Part shown: positions 1 to 9,567 of the stretch, piece after piece
Layout of the letters: every line of letters starts with the position of its first letter
Numbering within the stretch: position 1 is the first letter of the stretch
Source of the DNA: Oscillospiraceae bacterium
Lineage (GTDB): Bacteria > Bacillota > Clostridia > Oscillospirales > CAG-272
DNA length: 64,000 nucleotides
NCBI GenBank assembly: GCA_015064255.1
Contig: SVSP01000003.1
Coordinates: forward strand, 60,044 to 124,043
Reading direction: 5' to 3'
Program-made: the position numbers and the translations under genes
Notes under the pieces: generated by a model
What the model was told of the DNA's origin: nothing
The model's database searches: none
What the model saw: only the letters and a program-made list of their open reading frames with translations

Positions 1-330
1 TCGACTCCCTGCTGTCACCACGAAATGATGAAGCAGCTTAGCTGCGACACGCTTTCCTTTATTTCGGACTACTCTATGTTAAAGCAAAAGCTGTGCGATG
101 CCGCCACCGATTCGCTGCGTTGTCTTATGCTTTCGGCAAACGGTTATTCGGTCGAAGCGCTTGAGCTCATCGACCCCGACGACACTCCGAAGAATCTGCT
201 TATCCGCGCTGTCCTTGACAGCAAAATGAGCATTGAAAAGAAAGAAGAATACCGCGCGCAGTATAAAAATGCGGTGGATTTTCTCGGCGTAAACCCATTT
301 CTCTCAAACATAGTAACCAAGGAGGAGTAA
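1..330 (+). CDS. 3' end of a CDS that starts upstream of the window; product not recognised
   Basis: The frame of track ORF 25..330 stays open back to nt 1. Stop TAA 328-330 lies 1 nt before the next ATG, and the last codons carry the GGAGGAG RBS of the next gene. The fragment is too short for a family call. Confidence 0.4.
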   Translation, partial: STPCCHHEMMKQLSCDTLSFISDYSMLKQKLCDAATDSLRCLMLSANGYSVEALELIDPDDTPKNLLIRAVLDSKMSIEKKEEYRAQYKNAVDFLGVNPFLSNIVTKEE

Positions 331-331
331 T

Positions 332-982
332 ATGAAATATTCTCACGTTCTTTTTGACCTTGACGGAACTATCACCGAGCCCTTTGAAGGCATAACAAAA
401 GCTGTGCAATATGCGCTGAAAAAATTCGGCATCAAGGTCGAAGACTTAAACGAGCTCCGTCACTTCATCGGACCGCCTCTTTTTGAGTCATTCAGAAATT
501 CTTACGGTATGACTCAGGAAGAATCTATAACAGCGGTTGAGTATTACCGCGAGTACTACGTACCTACGGGAATTTATGAATGCAGCCTTTATCCCGGTAT
601 CGAAGAAATGCTCAAAAAACTGCACGAGAGTCCTTGCAAGGTGATTCTCGCAACGTCAAAGCCCGAGCCTATGGCAATAAAGGTGCTTGAGCATTTCGGT
701 CTTGACAAATATTTTGATCTTATCTGCGGTGCAAGCCTTGACGAATCGCGCGCAAAGAAAGAGCTCGTCGTCGCTTACGCACTTGAAAGCGCAAACATAA
801 CCGACAAAAATACCGCCATTATGATCGGTGACCGCAAGTTTGACGTCGAAGGAGCCGCCGCAAACGGAATTTCGGCTATAGGCGTAACATTCGGTCACGG
901 TGGGCGCGATGAGCTTGAAGAAGCGGGGGCGATAATGACGTTCGACGATGCTTACTCGCTGACCGACTATCTTCTCTCCTGA
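332..982 (+). CDS. HAD-IA family phosphatase (phosphoglycolate phosphatase / 5'-nucleotidase-like)
   Basis: HAD motif I LFDLDGTI at the N terminus, ATSK (motif II) and GDRKFD (motif IV). 216 aa, typical size. Confidence 0.85.
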   Translation: MKYSHVLFDLDGTITEPFEGITKAVQYALKKFGIKVEDLNELRHFIGPPLFESFRNSYGMTQEESITAVEYYREYYVPTGIYECSLYPGIEEMLKKLHESPCKVILATSKPEPMAIKVLEHFGLDKYFDLICGASLDESRAKKELVVAYALESANITDKNTAIMIGDRKFDVEGAAANGISAIGVTFGHGGRDELEEAGAIMTFDDAYSLTDYLLS

Positions 983-1004
983 AAAACAAGCTCAGAAACA
1001 AAGA

Positions 1005-1036
1005 GCAGCATCTTAACGCGGATGCTGCCTTTTTTG
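1005..1036. terminator. Bidirectional intrinsic terminator between the convergent HAD and MscS genes
   Basis: GCAGCATC-loop-GATGCTGC hairpin followed by CTTTTTTG on + and preceded by an A-rich run (T-rich on -). Confidence 0.7.
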
Positions 1037-1049
1037 TTATCAAATAGAT

Positions 1050-1859
1050 TTACTTTTCTATACGAAGATTGAACTGACGGCTCGAGAGCTTGATATTATT
1101 TGCATTAAATACAAGTCTTGCGCCTTCATTCATAGCAAAGAAAGCAGACCAATAGTTTTCGTTTTCTGTCCACGTTCTGAAATTGATATTCAGTCCGTCT
1201 TCTTCATATCCACAAACCTTTACTGTAGGAGTATGGTCATCATCAACAAAGATAAGCGAATTCGATCTTGCCATATCCGCAAGGAGATGATCGATCTTGC
1301 TTACGTCGGTTCCGTGGGGAACAACGAAAGAAATGTCTATTCTTCTGTACTTTTCTACAGAATAGTTTACTATCTTTCCGCCGGCTGCTATACCGTTGGG
1401 AATATCAACACGCTTTCCATCTGCTGTTGTAAGTACGGTGTAAAATATATTCATATCGGTTACAGTACCGTCCGCACCGTCTATAGTAACGAAATCACCG
1501 ATATTAAAAGGCTTTATGATGAGAAGGATAATACCGCCTGCGATATTGGAAAGACCGCCCTGAAGCGCAAGACCTATTGCAAGGCTTGCCGCCGTGATTA
1601 TCGCGATAAATGTAGTCATCGGTACTCCGAAGATAGATGCTACAACTATGATAAGGAGTGTTTTAAGTACGATATTAAGTGCGCTCTTTGTAAATGCACG
1701 AACCGTTTTGTCAAGCTTCTGTATCTTTTTGGTCTTTTCGAAAACCTTAACGACCCTGTTAATAACTATCCAACCTACGATAAGAACAACGATTCCGCAA
1801 AGTACGCGCATACCTGCCGATGCAAGGTATTCAAGGATTTTGTTTAAAAATGCTTCCAT
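1050..1859 (-). CDS. Small-conductance mechanosensitive channel (MscS family)
   Basis: Three N-terminal hydrophobic helices, then the MscS beta-domain signature IIKPFNIGDFVTIDGADGTVTDMNIFYTVLTTADGKRVDIPNG. Confidence 0.85.
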   Translation of the reverse strand: MEAFLNKILEYLASAGMRVLCGIVVLIVGWIVINRVVKVFEKTKKIQKLDKTVRAFTKSALNIVLKTLLIIVVASIFGVPMTTFIAIITAASLAIGLALQGGLSNIAGGIILLIIKPFNIGDFVTIDGADGTVTDMNIFYTVLTTADGKRVDIPNGIAAGGKIVNYSVEKYRRIDISFVVPHGTDVSKIDHLLADMARSNSLIFVDDDHTPTVKVCGYEEDGLNINFRTWTENENYWSAFFAMNEGARLVFNANNIKLSSRQFNLRIEK

Positions 1860-1975
1860 AATAGACTTCCTTTCAGTTTCCTACGTTAAATTTTTACACA
1901 AAACGATGATACTAATATTATTTTAGCACATCAAAAAATCAAAGTCAACCACTTTTTGTCGAAAAAAGCACAATA

Positions 1976-2317
1976 TTACGCCAAAAATATATAATCCGAG
2001 TTTTCTTTTGCGGTATTACTGTTTTCAACGACAACAACCAGAGCATCCTTACTTACGACGATATGATGCCATTCTCCCTTACCGACGTTGTAAAGAGTTC
2101 CCTGCTCCATTTTGTACTCTGTTATTTTTATATCCTTATCTGCCGTGTACAAGGTTGCTTCGCCTTTTACAAGCACAAAGGCTTCTTCTGTCTGATTGTG
2201 TCTTTCAAGCATTGAAAGGCGTGAGAATTTTTCTCCGTACGCGAGAAGTCCGACAAGCCAGCCTTCAAACTGTGCGCCAACCTTCCACGCTTCACCCTCG
2301 TTTCTGACTATTTCCAT
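1976..2317 (-). CDS. Small cupin-fold protein, function unknown
   Basis: 113-aa beta-rich ORF with a cupin-like pattern (EEAFVLVKGEATLY ... GEWHHIV). No sharper family recognised. Confidence 0.45.
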   Translation of the reverse strand: MEIVRNEGEAWKVGAQFEGWLVGLLAYGEKFSRLSMLERHNQTEEAFVLVKGEATLYTADKDIKITEYKMEQGTLYNVGKGEWHHIVVSKDALVVVVENSNTAKENSDYIFLA

Positions 2318-2337
2318 AATAATAACATTCCTCCTAT

Positions 2338-3417
2338 TTATTTAGTAAAGATGCGAAGTCTTCCGGCGTAAATATCAGATGCCGTATAGCTTTCGGGAAG
2401 AGATTTACTTGCCTTATATATCGCGTTTACTATTCTTTCATTCGTATCTGTGAATTTAAGCTCGGGGTCAAAAGCTTCCTCGCTCACGTCATTTTTGTAA
2501 ATATTCAGAAAAGAATTTATCTGCTCAAGCGCACGGTTTCTGTGCATAACCTCAAAATCTCCGTCTGCAACAGATGCGGGAGTGGTGCAGAGATTAGCTA
2601 TACTCCAATTTTCGGCAGCTACAGAGATAAGCTTACGAAGGAAGAAAATATCGTATCCATCTTCAGACGGAACGTCGGTAACAAACAGAGGCTTACCGAG
2701 AATCATATGGATAGAGATGGTTTCTGATGAAAGTGTATCCGAAATTTTTGCGTGTATACCCGCAAGCACTGTTCTTGCGGCATTTATCTGCGACTCGGTA
2801 TCTCTGAAAAAGTCGTATTCAACAAAGTCGAACGCAGCGTCGCCCGTGACGTTGCGTATTCCCGAAGAATAGGTTATACCTGCACTTGAGGAAAAGGTAA
2901 ACGGGAAATTTATTTCTATTCCGCCGATAAGGTCTATATATTCAGCCATAGCCGTACTGCTTACAACAATATGATAATCGATCGGAACAGCCATATTTTC
3001 AGAGATAAACGTGCTGACCGCTTTAGCGGCATTCATAGAGCTTTCGCTGTTTGAAAGTCCCGAAACAGAAGCGCTGTCATAACTTGCATCGTAGAGCTGC
3101 TTGAGCGAGGTCGCCTTGCTGTCGTTTATGAAAAGATTTGCCGGGATCTGAAAAAACGAAATCGACGGAACCGAAACGTCCATTTCGCATATAACGAATG
3201 ATGCCGCTGTGCCGAGCTTTTTCTCCTCGCGCACGAGAAGGAAATTATATACACCCGCATTTCTCGGATTGCTTTCGTCAACGTTCGGGTTTTCTACATC
3301 CGTTTTTTCATCATCCTCCTCGTCACCGAAAAACTCATCGAGCTTTTCGCATCCCGAAAAGGATATCAGCATCGAAACCAGAAGAATGCCGATCAAAATT
3401 TTTATAAATATCTTCAT
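2338..3417 (-). CDS. LytR-CpsA-Psr (LCP)-like lipoprotein, possibly degenerate
   Basis: Lipobox LISFSGC, acidic linker, then an LCP-like core (YNFLLV..ISFFQIPANL..PIDYHIVVSSTAMAEYIDLIGGIEINFPF). AAGGAG RBS 10 nt upstream. The conserved Arg/Asp positions are not obvious. Confidence 0.5.
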   Translation of the reverse strand: MKIFIKILIGILLVSMLISFSGCEKLDEFFGDEEDDEKTDVENPNVDESNPRNAGVYNFLLVREEKKLGTAASFVICEMDVSVPSISFFQIPANLFINDSKATSLKQLYDASYDSASVSGLSNSESSMNAAKAVSTFISENMAVPIDYHIVVSSTAMAEYIDLIGGIEINFPFTFSSSAGITYSSGIRNVTGDAAFDFVEYDFFRDTESQINAARTVLAGIHAKISDTLSSETISIHMILGKPLFVTDVPSEDGYDIFFLRKLISVAAENWSIANLCTTPASVADGDFEVMHRNRALEQINSFLNIYKNDVSEEAFDPELKFTDTNERIVNAIYKASKSLPESYTASDIYAGRLRIFTK

Positions 3418-3540
3418 ATATGCAAAACTCCTTAAGTCAGAGAAAAATATCCGCTTTCAGTCAAAATTAAATATTAACATAAAAATACATGCTGATTTTA
3501 GCACAAAAAGGATTTACTGTCAAGTGATATGCATTTCCTT

Positions 3541-4230
3541 TTACAATTTGTATTTATTTTCACTGATTTTACTCATTTCAACAAGCGTGCTAAGTGCATC
3601 CGAGAGTCCGCCGATCTCGTCTATTATTCCCTCTTCTACCGCCTGCCGACCGTCTATTATACTTCCCACGTCTGTCGCTATCTCGTCGGTTTTCATCATA
3701 AGATCCCTCAGTCTTTCGGTAGTTATCTTTGAATGAGCTGCCACAAAATCGAGTATTCTGTCCTGCATACGGTTAAAATAATAAAAGGTCTGCGGTGCGC
3801 CCACTACAGTGCCGCTTATTCGCACGGGGTGGACGGTCATCGTTGCAGAAGGAACTATAAAGGATTTCTTTGCCGATACGGCAAGCGGTACTCCTATCGA
3901 GTGTCCGCCGCCCAACACGAGAGAAACGGTCGGCTTATCCATTGACGCTATCATTTCGGCTATCGCAAGTCCCGCTTCGACGTCACCGCCGACCGTATTC
4001 AGCAAAACGAGAAGCCCCGATATGCTTTTGTCCGTATTTATTTCAACAAGCTCGGGCAGAATATTTTCGTATTTGGTAGTCTTCTGCGTTTCATTCATAA
4101 TATAATGCCCCTCAATATGCCCGACGAGCGTTATGCACCTGAAGCCGCGCGTAAGCTTTTTTTCGTCCGAAAGCTCGTTTTTTCTGCCTTCTTGTGTATT
4201 TTCGCTATTATTTTCTATATAATTTGTCAT
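3541..4230 (-). CDS. tepA: ClpP-fold serine protease of the TepA / SDH type
   Basis: LLVLLNTVGGDVEAGLAIAEMIASMDKPTVSLVLGGGHSIG and TMTVHPVR resemble the ClpP/TepA core. 229 aa. Confidence 0.7.
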   Translation of the reverse strand: MTNYIENNSENTQEGRKNELSDEKKLTRGFRCITLVGHIEGHYIMNETQKTTKYENILPELVEINTDKSISGLLVLLNTVGGDVEAGLAIAEMIASMDKPTVSLVLGGGHSIGVPLAVSAKKSFIVPSATMTVHPVRISGTVVGAPQTFYYFNRMQDRILDFVAAHSKITTERLRDLMMKTDEIATDVGSIIDGRQAVEEGIIDEIGGLSDALSTLVEMSKISENKYKL

Positions 4231-4249
4231 ATTTTTTTGTATCTCCTTA

Positions 4250-4278
4250 TTTACTTTTACAAAAGAGTATGTTATAAT
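4250..4278 (+). promoter_or_regulatory. Putative sigma-A promoter for pduL (TTTACT-17-TGtTATAAT)
   Basis: Extended -10 TGTTATAAT at 4270-4278 and -35 TTTACT at 4250-4255. This leaves a leader of about 145 nt with two short hairpins before the RBS. Confidence 0.5.
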
Positions 4279-4430
4279 AAAGTGTTAGTAGTAAGCTTAA
4301 AGTTTATTCACTGAAACAGTCGGAAATACCGATAAAAGTATTTAAAACAAAAACAATTTAAAATATCTTAATTTGGTCGAAGCGATCTTCGGCCGTACAG
4401 CCACGCTGTACAGAAAGGAACGGTTATAAA

Positions 4431-5003
4431 ATGAAAACATTTATCGTTGAAACATCTGCAAGACACATTCACCTTTCTCAGAAGGACCTCGAAACACTCT
4501 TCGGTGCAGGCGCAAAGCTTACATTCAAGAAGGATCTCAGCCAGCCCGGTCAGTTCGCTTGCGAAGAAAGACTCACTATCGAAGGACCCAAGAAGTCCAT
4601 TCCCAACGTAATAGTTCTCGGCCCTACACGTGGTGCTACACAGGTTGAGCTTTCCTTCACAGACGCAAGAACCCTCGGTCTCACAGCTCCCGTAAGAGAA
4701 AGCGGCGATATCGCAGGAACACCCGGATGCAAGCTCATCGGACCTGCAGGCGAAGTTGAAATCACAGAAGGCGTTATCATCGCAAAGCGTCACATCCATA
4801 TGACACCCGCAGATGCAGAAGAGTTCGGCGTAGCAGACAAGCAGGTTGTTTCGGTTGCTATCGATTCTGCTGACCGTAAGACAGTTTACGGCGACGTTGT
4901 TGTAAGAGTTAACCCCTCTTTCGCCCTCGCTATGCACATCGACACAGACGAAGCAAACGCAGCTTGCGCATTCGGAAACTGCACGGGTACTATCGTAAAG
5001 TAA
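4431..5003 (+). CDS. pduL: Phosphate propanoyl/acetyl-transferase PduL
   Basis: The N terminus ETSARHIHLSQKDLETLFG and a second repeat IIAKRHIHMTPADAEEFG are the duplicated PduL signature. AAAGGAAC RBS. Confidence 0.85.
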   Translation: MKTFIVETSARHIHLSQKDLETLFGAGAKLTFKKDLSQPGQFACEERLTIEGPKKSIPNVIVLGPTRGATQVELSFTDARTLGLTAPVRESGDIAGTPGCKLIGPAGEVEITEGVIIAKRHIHMTPADAEEFGVADKQVVSVAIDSADRKTVYGDVVVRVNPSFALAMHIDTDEANAACAFGNCTGTIVK

Positions 5004-5047
5004 GATAAGGTTATATTATTACCGTTTAAGGAGAGTATATTACCGTA

Positions 5048-6235
5048 ATGTCCGAAAACAAAAGATTTGTATATGCCGATAATGCCGCTACAACACCGAT
5101 AGACTCACGCGTACTTGAAGCTATGCTTCCCTACCTCACCGACAAGTGGGGAAATCCTTCGAGCGCTTACTCAAAGGGACGCGAAGCAGCTTCTCCGCTT
5201 ACAGAGTCACGCGCGAAGATCGCATCTCTTCTCGGTTGCAAGCCGAGCGAACTGTTCTTCACAGCATCGGGGTCGGAAGCAGACAACTGGGCAATAAAGG
5301 GTGCGGCTTCCGCGGCAAAAAACAAGGGACGCCACATAATTACCACAAAATTTGAGCATCACGCTGTTCTGAACGCTATGAAAAGTCTTGAGCGCGACGG
5401 CTACGAGGTGACCTATCTCGACGTTGAAAAAAACGGTCTGATAACACCCGAAGCAGTTGAGGCTGCTATGCGCGACGATACTGTTCTTGTTGCCGTTATG
5501 TATGCAAATAACGAGATCGGCACTGTTCTTCCCATAAAGGAGATCTCAGAAGTCGTTCATAGACACGGTGCTGTAATGTTTACCGATGCTGTACAGGCTG
5601 TCGGTCATATTGACATAAACGTAAAGGATCTCGGCGTTGATATGCTTGCATTTTCCGGACACAAGATAAATGCACCTAAAGGAATCGGCGCACTCTATAT
5701 CAAAACAGGTACGAGAGTTCATACTCTTATAGACGGCGGCGGTCAGGAGCGTGGCAGACGCGGCGGTACCGAGAACGTACCCTATATCGCAGGACTTGCC
5801 AAGGCGCTTGAGCTTGCTTACGAGCGTCTTGACGACGAAAAAAGAGTTCTCGCACTTCGCGAAAGACTTGTAAGCGGTATTCTTGACAAAATTCCTTACA
5901 GTTTCCTTAACGGTGACAGAGAAAAGCGGCTTGCGGGTAACGCCAACATCACCTTTGAATACGTTGAGGGTGAAAGCCTTCTTATGTTTATGGATTTAAA
6001 CGGCATATGCTGCTCAACAGGCTCTGCGTGCAATTCTGCGTCGCTTGAGCCCTCGCACGTGCTTCTTTCAATAGGGGTTCCTGCCGAAAAGGCTCACGGC
6101 TCACTCCGTTTCACTCTTTCACACGAAAATACCGATGAGGACGTTGATTATATCCTCGAAAAGCTCCCCGCTATCGTTCAGAGGCTCCGAGATATGAGTC
6201 CCCTCTACAACAGCACTATGGAGCGCGTAAAATAA
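5048..6235 (+). CDS. nifS: Cysteine desulfurase (NifS/IscS class)
   Basis: PLP-lysine context SGHKINAPKGIGALY and active-site loop SSGSACNS-like CSTGSACNSASLEPSHVL. 395 aa. Confidence 0.9.
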   Translation: MSENKRFVYADNAATTPIDSRVLEAMLPYLTDKWGNPSSAYSKGREAASPLTESRAKIASLLGCKPSELFFTASGSEADNWAIKGAASAAKNKGRHIITTKFEHHAVLNAMKSLERDGYEVTYLDVEKNGLITPEAVEAAMRDDTVLVAVMYANNEIGTVLPIKEISEVVHRHGAVMFTDAVQAVGHIDINVKDLGVDMLAFSGHKINAPKGIGALYIKTGTRVHTLIDGGGQERGRRGGTENVPYIAGLAKALELAYERLDDEKRVLALRERLVSGILDKIPYSFLNGDREKRLAGNANITFEYVEGESLLMFMDLNGICCSTGSACNSASLEPSHVLLSIGVPAEKAHGSLRFTLSHENTDEDVDYILEKLPAIVQRLRDMSPLYNSTMERVK

Positions 6236-6253
6236 TTACTTCGGAGAATTAAT

Positions 6254-6709
6254 ATGTACAGCGAAAAAGTAATGGACCATTTCACAAATCCCCGCAACTG
6301 CGGCGAAATTCCCGATGCTGACGGAGTCGGCGAGGTTGGAAACGCCAAATGCGGAGATATTATGAGAATGTATCTCAAAATAGAAAACAATATTATTGTT
6401 GACGTAAAATTCAAGACTTTCGGCTGCGGTGCGGCTATTGCAACGTCTTCTATTGCTACTGAAATGATCAAAGGTCAGAGCATTGACGATGCACTGAAGC
6501 TCACAAACAAGGCTGTTGTCGAAGCTCTTGACGGACTTCCGCCCGTAAAGATCCACTGCTCGGTTCTTGCAGAACAGGCTGTAAAGGCGGCTGTTGCCGA
6601 TTACTACCGTAAAAACGGAATTGACAGCCCTATTCTTCACGAAGACTGTGACGGTTGCTGCGAAGCGTGCGACCATCACCACGATCACGTGATCGGAGAC
6701 GATCAGTAA
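6254..6709 (+). CDS. nifU: Fe-S cluster scaffold NifU/IscU
   Basis: MYSEKVMDHFTNPRN..GNAKCGD..FGCGAAIATSS..IHCSVLAEQA carries the three scaffold Cys motifs. His/Cys-rich C-terminal tail. Confidence 0.9.
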   Translation: MYSEKVMDHFTNPRNCGEIPDADGVGEVGNAKCGDIMRMYLKIENNIIVDVKFKTFGCGAAIATSSIATEMIKGQSIDDALKLTNKAVVEALDGLPPVKIHCSVLAEQAVKAAVADYYRKNGIDSPILHEDCDGCCEACDHHHDHVIGDDQ

Positions 6710-7749
6710 TGAAAACCTCCGTTCTGGTCGGTCTGAGCGGAGGACTTGACAGCACCTTTGCCGCCCTCTCTCTTATTGAGAAAGGATACGCAGTCGAGGG
6801 TGCTGTTCTTAAATTTTCCGACCATACCGACGTAAAATCAGCAGAAAGATCGGCATCAGAGCTTGGAATTCCCCTGCACGTTATAGATTGCAGCGGAGAT
6901 TTCGAAAAATACGTAAAAGAATATTTCACAAACGAATATTTATCGGGACGCACCCCGAATCCGTGTGTAGTTTGCAACCGCTACGTGAAGGTGAAAAAGC
7001 TTCACGACAGCGCAAAGGAACTCGGATTTGACAAGTTTGCAACCGGACATTACTGCGGTGTAGAGTACGAAAACGGAAGATATTTCATCCGACGCGCCGC
7101 AGACCTCAAAAAAGACCAGTCATATATGCTTTGGGGACTCTCCCAAGAACAGCTTGCAGATTTTCTGACTCCGCTTAACGGAATTGAAAAAACGTATATC
7201 CGTGAATATATGGCAGAACGCGGTTTCACATCGGCATCAGCGAAGGAAAGTCAGGACATCTGCTTCATTCCCGACGGCGACTATGCGCGATATATCACCG
7301 AAAAGCGCGGAGAATCCGACAAAGGCTCTTTTATTGACGAAAACGGAAAGATTCTCGGTGAACACCGCGGAATAATTCACTACACGATCGGTCAGAAAAA
7401 GCACCTCGGTATCGCGCTTGGCGAAAAAATGACGGTAAGCGAGATAGACGCCTCCAAAAACACGGTCACACTTATAAAGTCTGCCGATTATTCACCAGCC
7501 TGCGGCATAATCTTTTCGGGAGTGAATTTTCAGTGCCTTACCTCGCTTGACACTCTAAAAAGTGAAGAGCTTACCGTAAAGGTGCGATACTCGGCAGTTC
7601 CGAGAATCACGACGGTAAAAGTCGAAAACGGCATAATGACAGCCTCTTTCGAGCGCGCGTTTCCCGAACCCGCGCCCGGTCAGTCCGCCGTTTTTTACAT
7701 CGGGGACAAGCTCGTATTCGGAGCGTTTATTGATAAGGTTATAAGATAG
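6709..7749 (+). CDS. mnmA: tRNA 2-thiouridine(34) synthase MnmA
   Basis: PP-loop VLVGLSGGLDS directly after the ATG at 6709, which overlaps the nifU stop as TAATG. The upstream part of track ORF 6655.. is an Arg-rich read-through of nifU. Confidence 0.9.
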   Translation: MKTSVLVGLSGGLDSTFAALSLIEKGYAVEGAVLKFSDHTDVKSAERSASELGIPLHVIDCSGDFEKYVKEYFTNEYLSGRTPNPCVVCNRYVKVKKLHDSAKELGFDKFATGHYCGVEYENGRYFIRRAADLKKDQSYMLWGLSQEQLADFLTPLNGIEKTYIREYMAERGFTSASAKESQDICFIPDGDYARYITEKRGESDKGSFIDENGKILGEHRGIIHYTIGQKKHLGIALGEKMTVSEIDASKNTVTLIKSADYSPACGIIFSGVNFQCLTSLDTLKSEELTVKVRYSAVPRITTVKVENGIMTASFERAFPEPAPGQSAVFYIGDKLVFGAFIDKVIR

Positions 7750-7750
7750 C

Positions 7751-7788
7751 AAAAATCCGATGGAACTTTCAAATTCCATCGGATTTTT
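7751..7788. terminator. Bidirectional intrinsic terminator between convergent mnmA and the beta-glucuronidase gene
   Basis: AAAAATCCGATGGAA-loop-TTCCATCGGATTTTT: a perfect 15-bp stem with A and T runs on either side. Confidence 0.8.
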
Positions 7789-7792
7789 ATTT

Positions 7793-7853
7793 AGGGAACT
7801 TTTTGAAAAAAGTTCCCTAAAACCTTCAAAAACTTTTCTGAAAAGAAATTACT
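7793..7853 (+). repeat. Intergenic repeat family copy 1 (palindromic core 7797-7814)
   Basis: AGGG-AACTTTTTGAAAAAAGTT-CCCT followed by AAAACCTTCAAAAACTTTTCTGAAAAGAAATTACTT. Aligns with the copies at 26.2 kb and 31.1 kb. Confidence 0.75.
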
Positions 7854-9513
7854 TCTTCATCCATCTTTCACGCAGGAAGTGAGCCACAAGCTTAGGCTGT
7901 CTGTCCTTTGTAAAGACGCCCTTGCGGTTTCCTCTTATACGTGTAAGTCCCTGCTTGGTCTTGAAATCGGCAAAGTTCCATACGTGCTCGCCGATACAGC
8001 CCTCGGCACTGTCAAACGCTTCGCAATTTTCCCGTACGTATTCGATCTGGAATTCTTCGGAGAAGGATTCGCTCGGGAGCGCGTGAAGTCCCTCGATAGT
8101 ATCCGCACCGAATTCAGCAACGAATACGGGTTTGCCGCACTTTGCGCGCCATTTTCCGATTTCGGTTATCATTTGATCCTTTATTACCGACATATCGCCG
8201 TGTTCATAGTACCATCCGTAATAACGGTTTATACCGATAACGTCAACAAGGTCGCCGACAAGCGAAACGTCGGCGGTAGAGAATTCTATTATCGTTATCG
8301 GAAGATCGGTGGATTTTCTTGCCATATCAATAACGTCGGCAAAATATTCTCTCGCTCTTTCCTCGTGTGTTGCCGCTTCGTTTGCAACAGAGTACATAAT
8401 TACCGCAGGATGGTTTTTATCTCTTGCCACAAGCTGTCTTACAAGCTCCTTGTGAAGCTCCTTCGTCTCGTCGTTTGCTCTCTCATCGGAGAAGGTCGGA
8501 TTCCACCATCCCATACCGACAGCAGGTACCTCGTCGATAACCATAATGCCGTACTCGTCTGCAAGTGACATCACCTCTTCGCTGTACGGATAGTGGCTCG
8601 TTCTTATCGAGTTTGCGCCTATCCATTTGAGAAGCTCAAAGTTGCGGATATTAACAGCCGCATTATTTCCCTTTCCAAGAATAAACGAATCATCGTGCAT
8701 ACCGAATCCCTTGAGATACACAGGCTTATCATTGAGAAGAAGTGCGTCGCGAGTAGCTTCCACCTTGCGTATTCCGAATTTTTCCTCGTATTTATCGGTG
8801 TCCGTTTCTACACACAGAGTATAGAGATAAGGGTTTTCTGTGTCCCACAGAATAGGATCTTCTATGCTGAACGTGCTTTCTCTGCTCTCGATAACGGTAT
8901 TTCCAAGCTTATCGAAAACTGTATAGAGTGCGTTTTCAGCATCGGTAATTACAGAAATTTTCGAATAATCGTCGTCAACGACAGTTTTTATCTCGATATC
9001 GTGAATATATTTTTTCGGAGTCGAATATACGATCACGTCGCGGTGAATGCCCGTAAAGTTATAAAAATCGTGATTTATTACCTGCTTACCGTTTACTATG
9101 CGTCCCACGGGAAGTGTCTGAAAGGTGAGTCTGTTATCTATCACAACGGACAAACGGTTCTTTTCTTCAAGGTCGGAAAGCTCTGTATCTATCGGGAAAA
9201 ATCCGTTTATGCCGTAGGATATAAGCTTTCCGTTAAGATAAACGTCGCACTTATGGCTTGTAGCACCTATACGCAGATGATAGATTCGGTCATCACGCAC
9301 GGGGAGAGAAAAGGTTGTTTCGTAAAGTACCTTACCTACGTGATCCTTTACCTCTTTCGAAGTAACTATATCGTTATAGCTTGCGGGTACTGCCATAAGA
9401 AAAGCGTCGTGCGCTTCATTTTCAGGAATATAATCGTCACCGACAGTTTTAAATTTCCATATTCCGTTTAAGTTATACAGATCTCTGTACTTATTTGATT
9501 TTGGATATAACAT
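7849..9513 (-). CDS. uidA: Beta-glucuronidase (GH2)
   Basis: NHPAVIMYSVANEA (acid/base Glu), FVAEFGAD (nucleophile Glu), NRYYGWY and WNFADF..GNRKGVFTKDRQPK (N-x-K glucuronate motif). I start at MLYPKS (ATG 9513), which has an AGGAG RBS 6 nt upstream and matches the usual GUS N terminus. Confidence 0.9.
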   Translation of the reverse strand: MLYPKSNKYRDLYNLNGIWKFKTVGDDYIPENEAHDAFLMAVPASYNDIVTSKEVKDHVGKVLYETTFSLPVRDDRIYHLRIGATSHKCDVYLNGKLISYGINGFFPIDTELSDLEEKNRLSVVIDNRLTFQTLPVGRIVNGKQVINHDFYNFTGIHRDVIVYSTPKKYIHDIEIKTVVDDDYSKISVITDAENALYTVFDKLGNTVIESRESTFSIEDPILWDTENPYLYTLCVETDTDKYEEKFGIRKVEATRDALLLNDKPVYLKGFGMHDDSFILGKGNNAAVNIRNFELLKWIGANSIRTSHYPYSEEVMSLADEYGIMVIDEVPAVGMGWWNPTFSDERANDETKELHKELVRQLVARDKNHPAVIMYSVANEAATHEERAREYFADVIDMARKSTDLPITIIEFSTADVSLVGDLVDVIGINRYYGWYYEHGDMSVIKDQMITEIGKWRAKCGKPVFVAEFGADTIEGLHALPSESFSEEFQIEYVRENCEAFDSAEGCIGEHVWNFADFKTKQGLTRIRGNRKGVFTKDRQPKLVAHFLRERWMKK

Positions 9514-9567
9514 TTTATTCTCCTGACTTATTTTTCTTACGTGTCTGTTAAACACGGTACTACGTTA

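Noticed and set aside
6655-6708. An upstream extension of the mnmA ORF (MLRSVRPSPRSRDRRRSV).
   Set aside because: It lies inside the nifU coding region in another frame. The PP-loop follows directly after the ATG at 6709, which overlaps the nifU stop.
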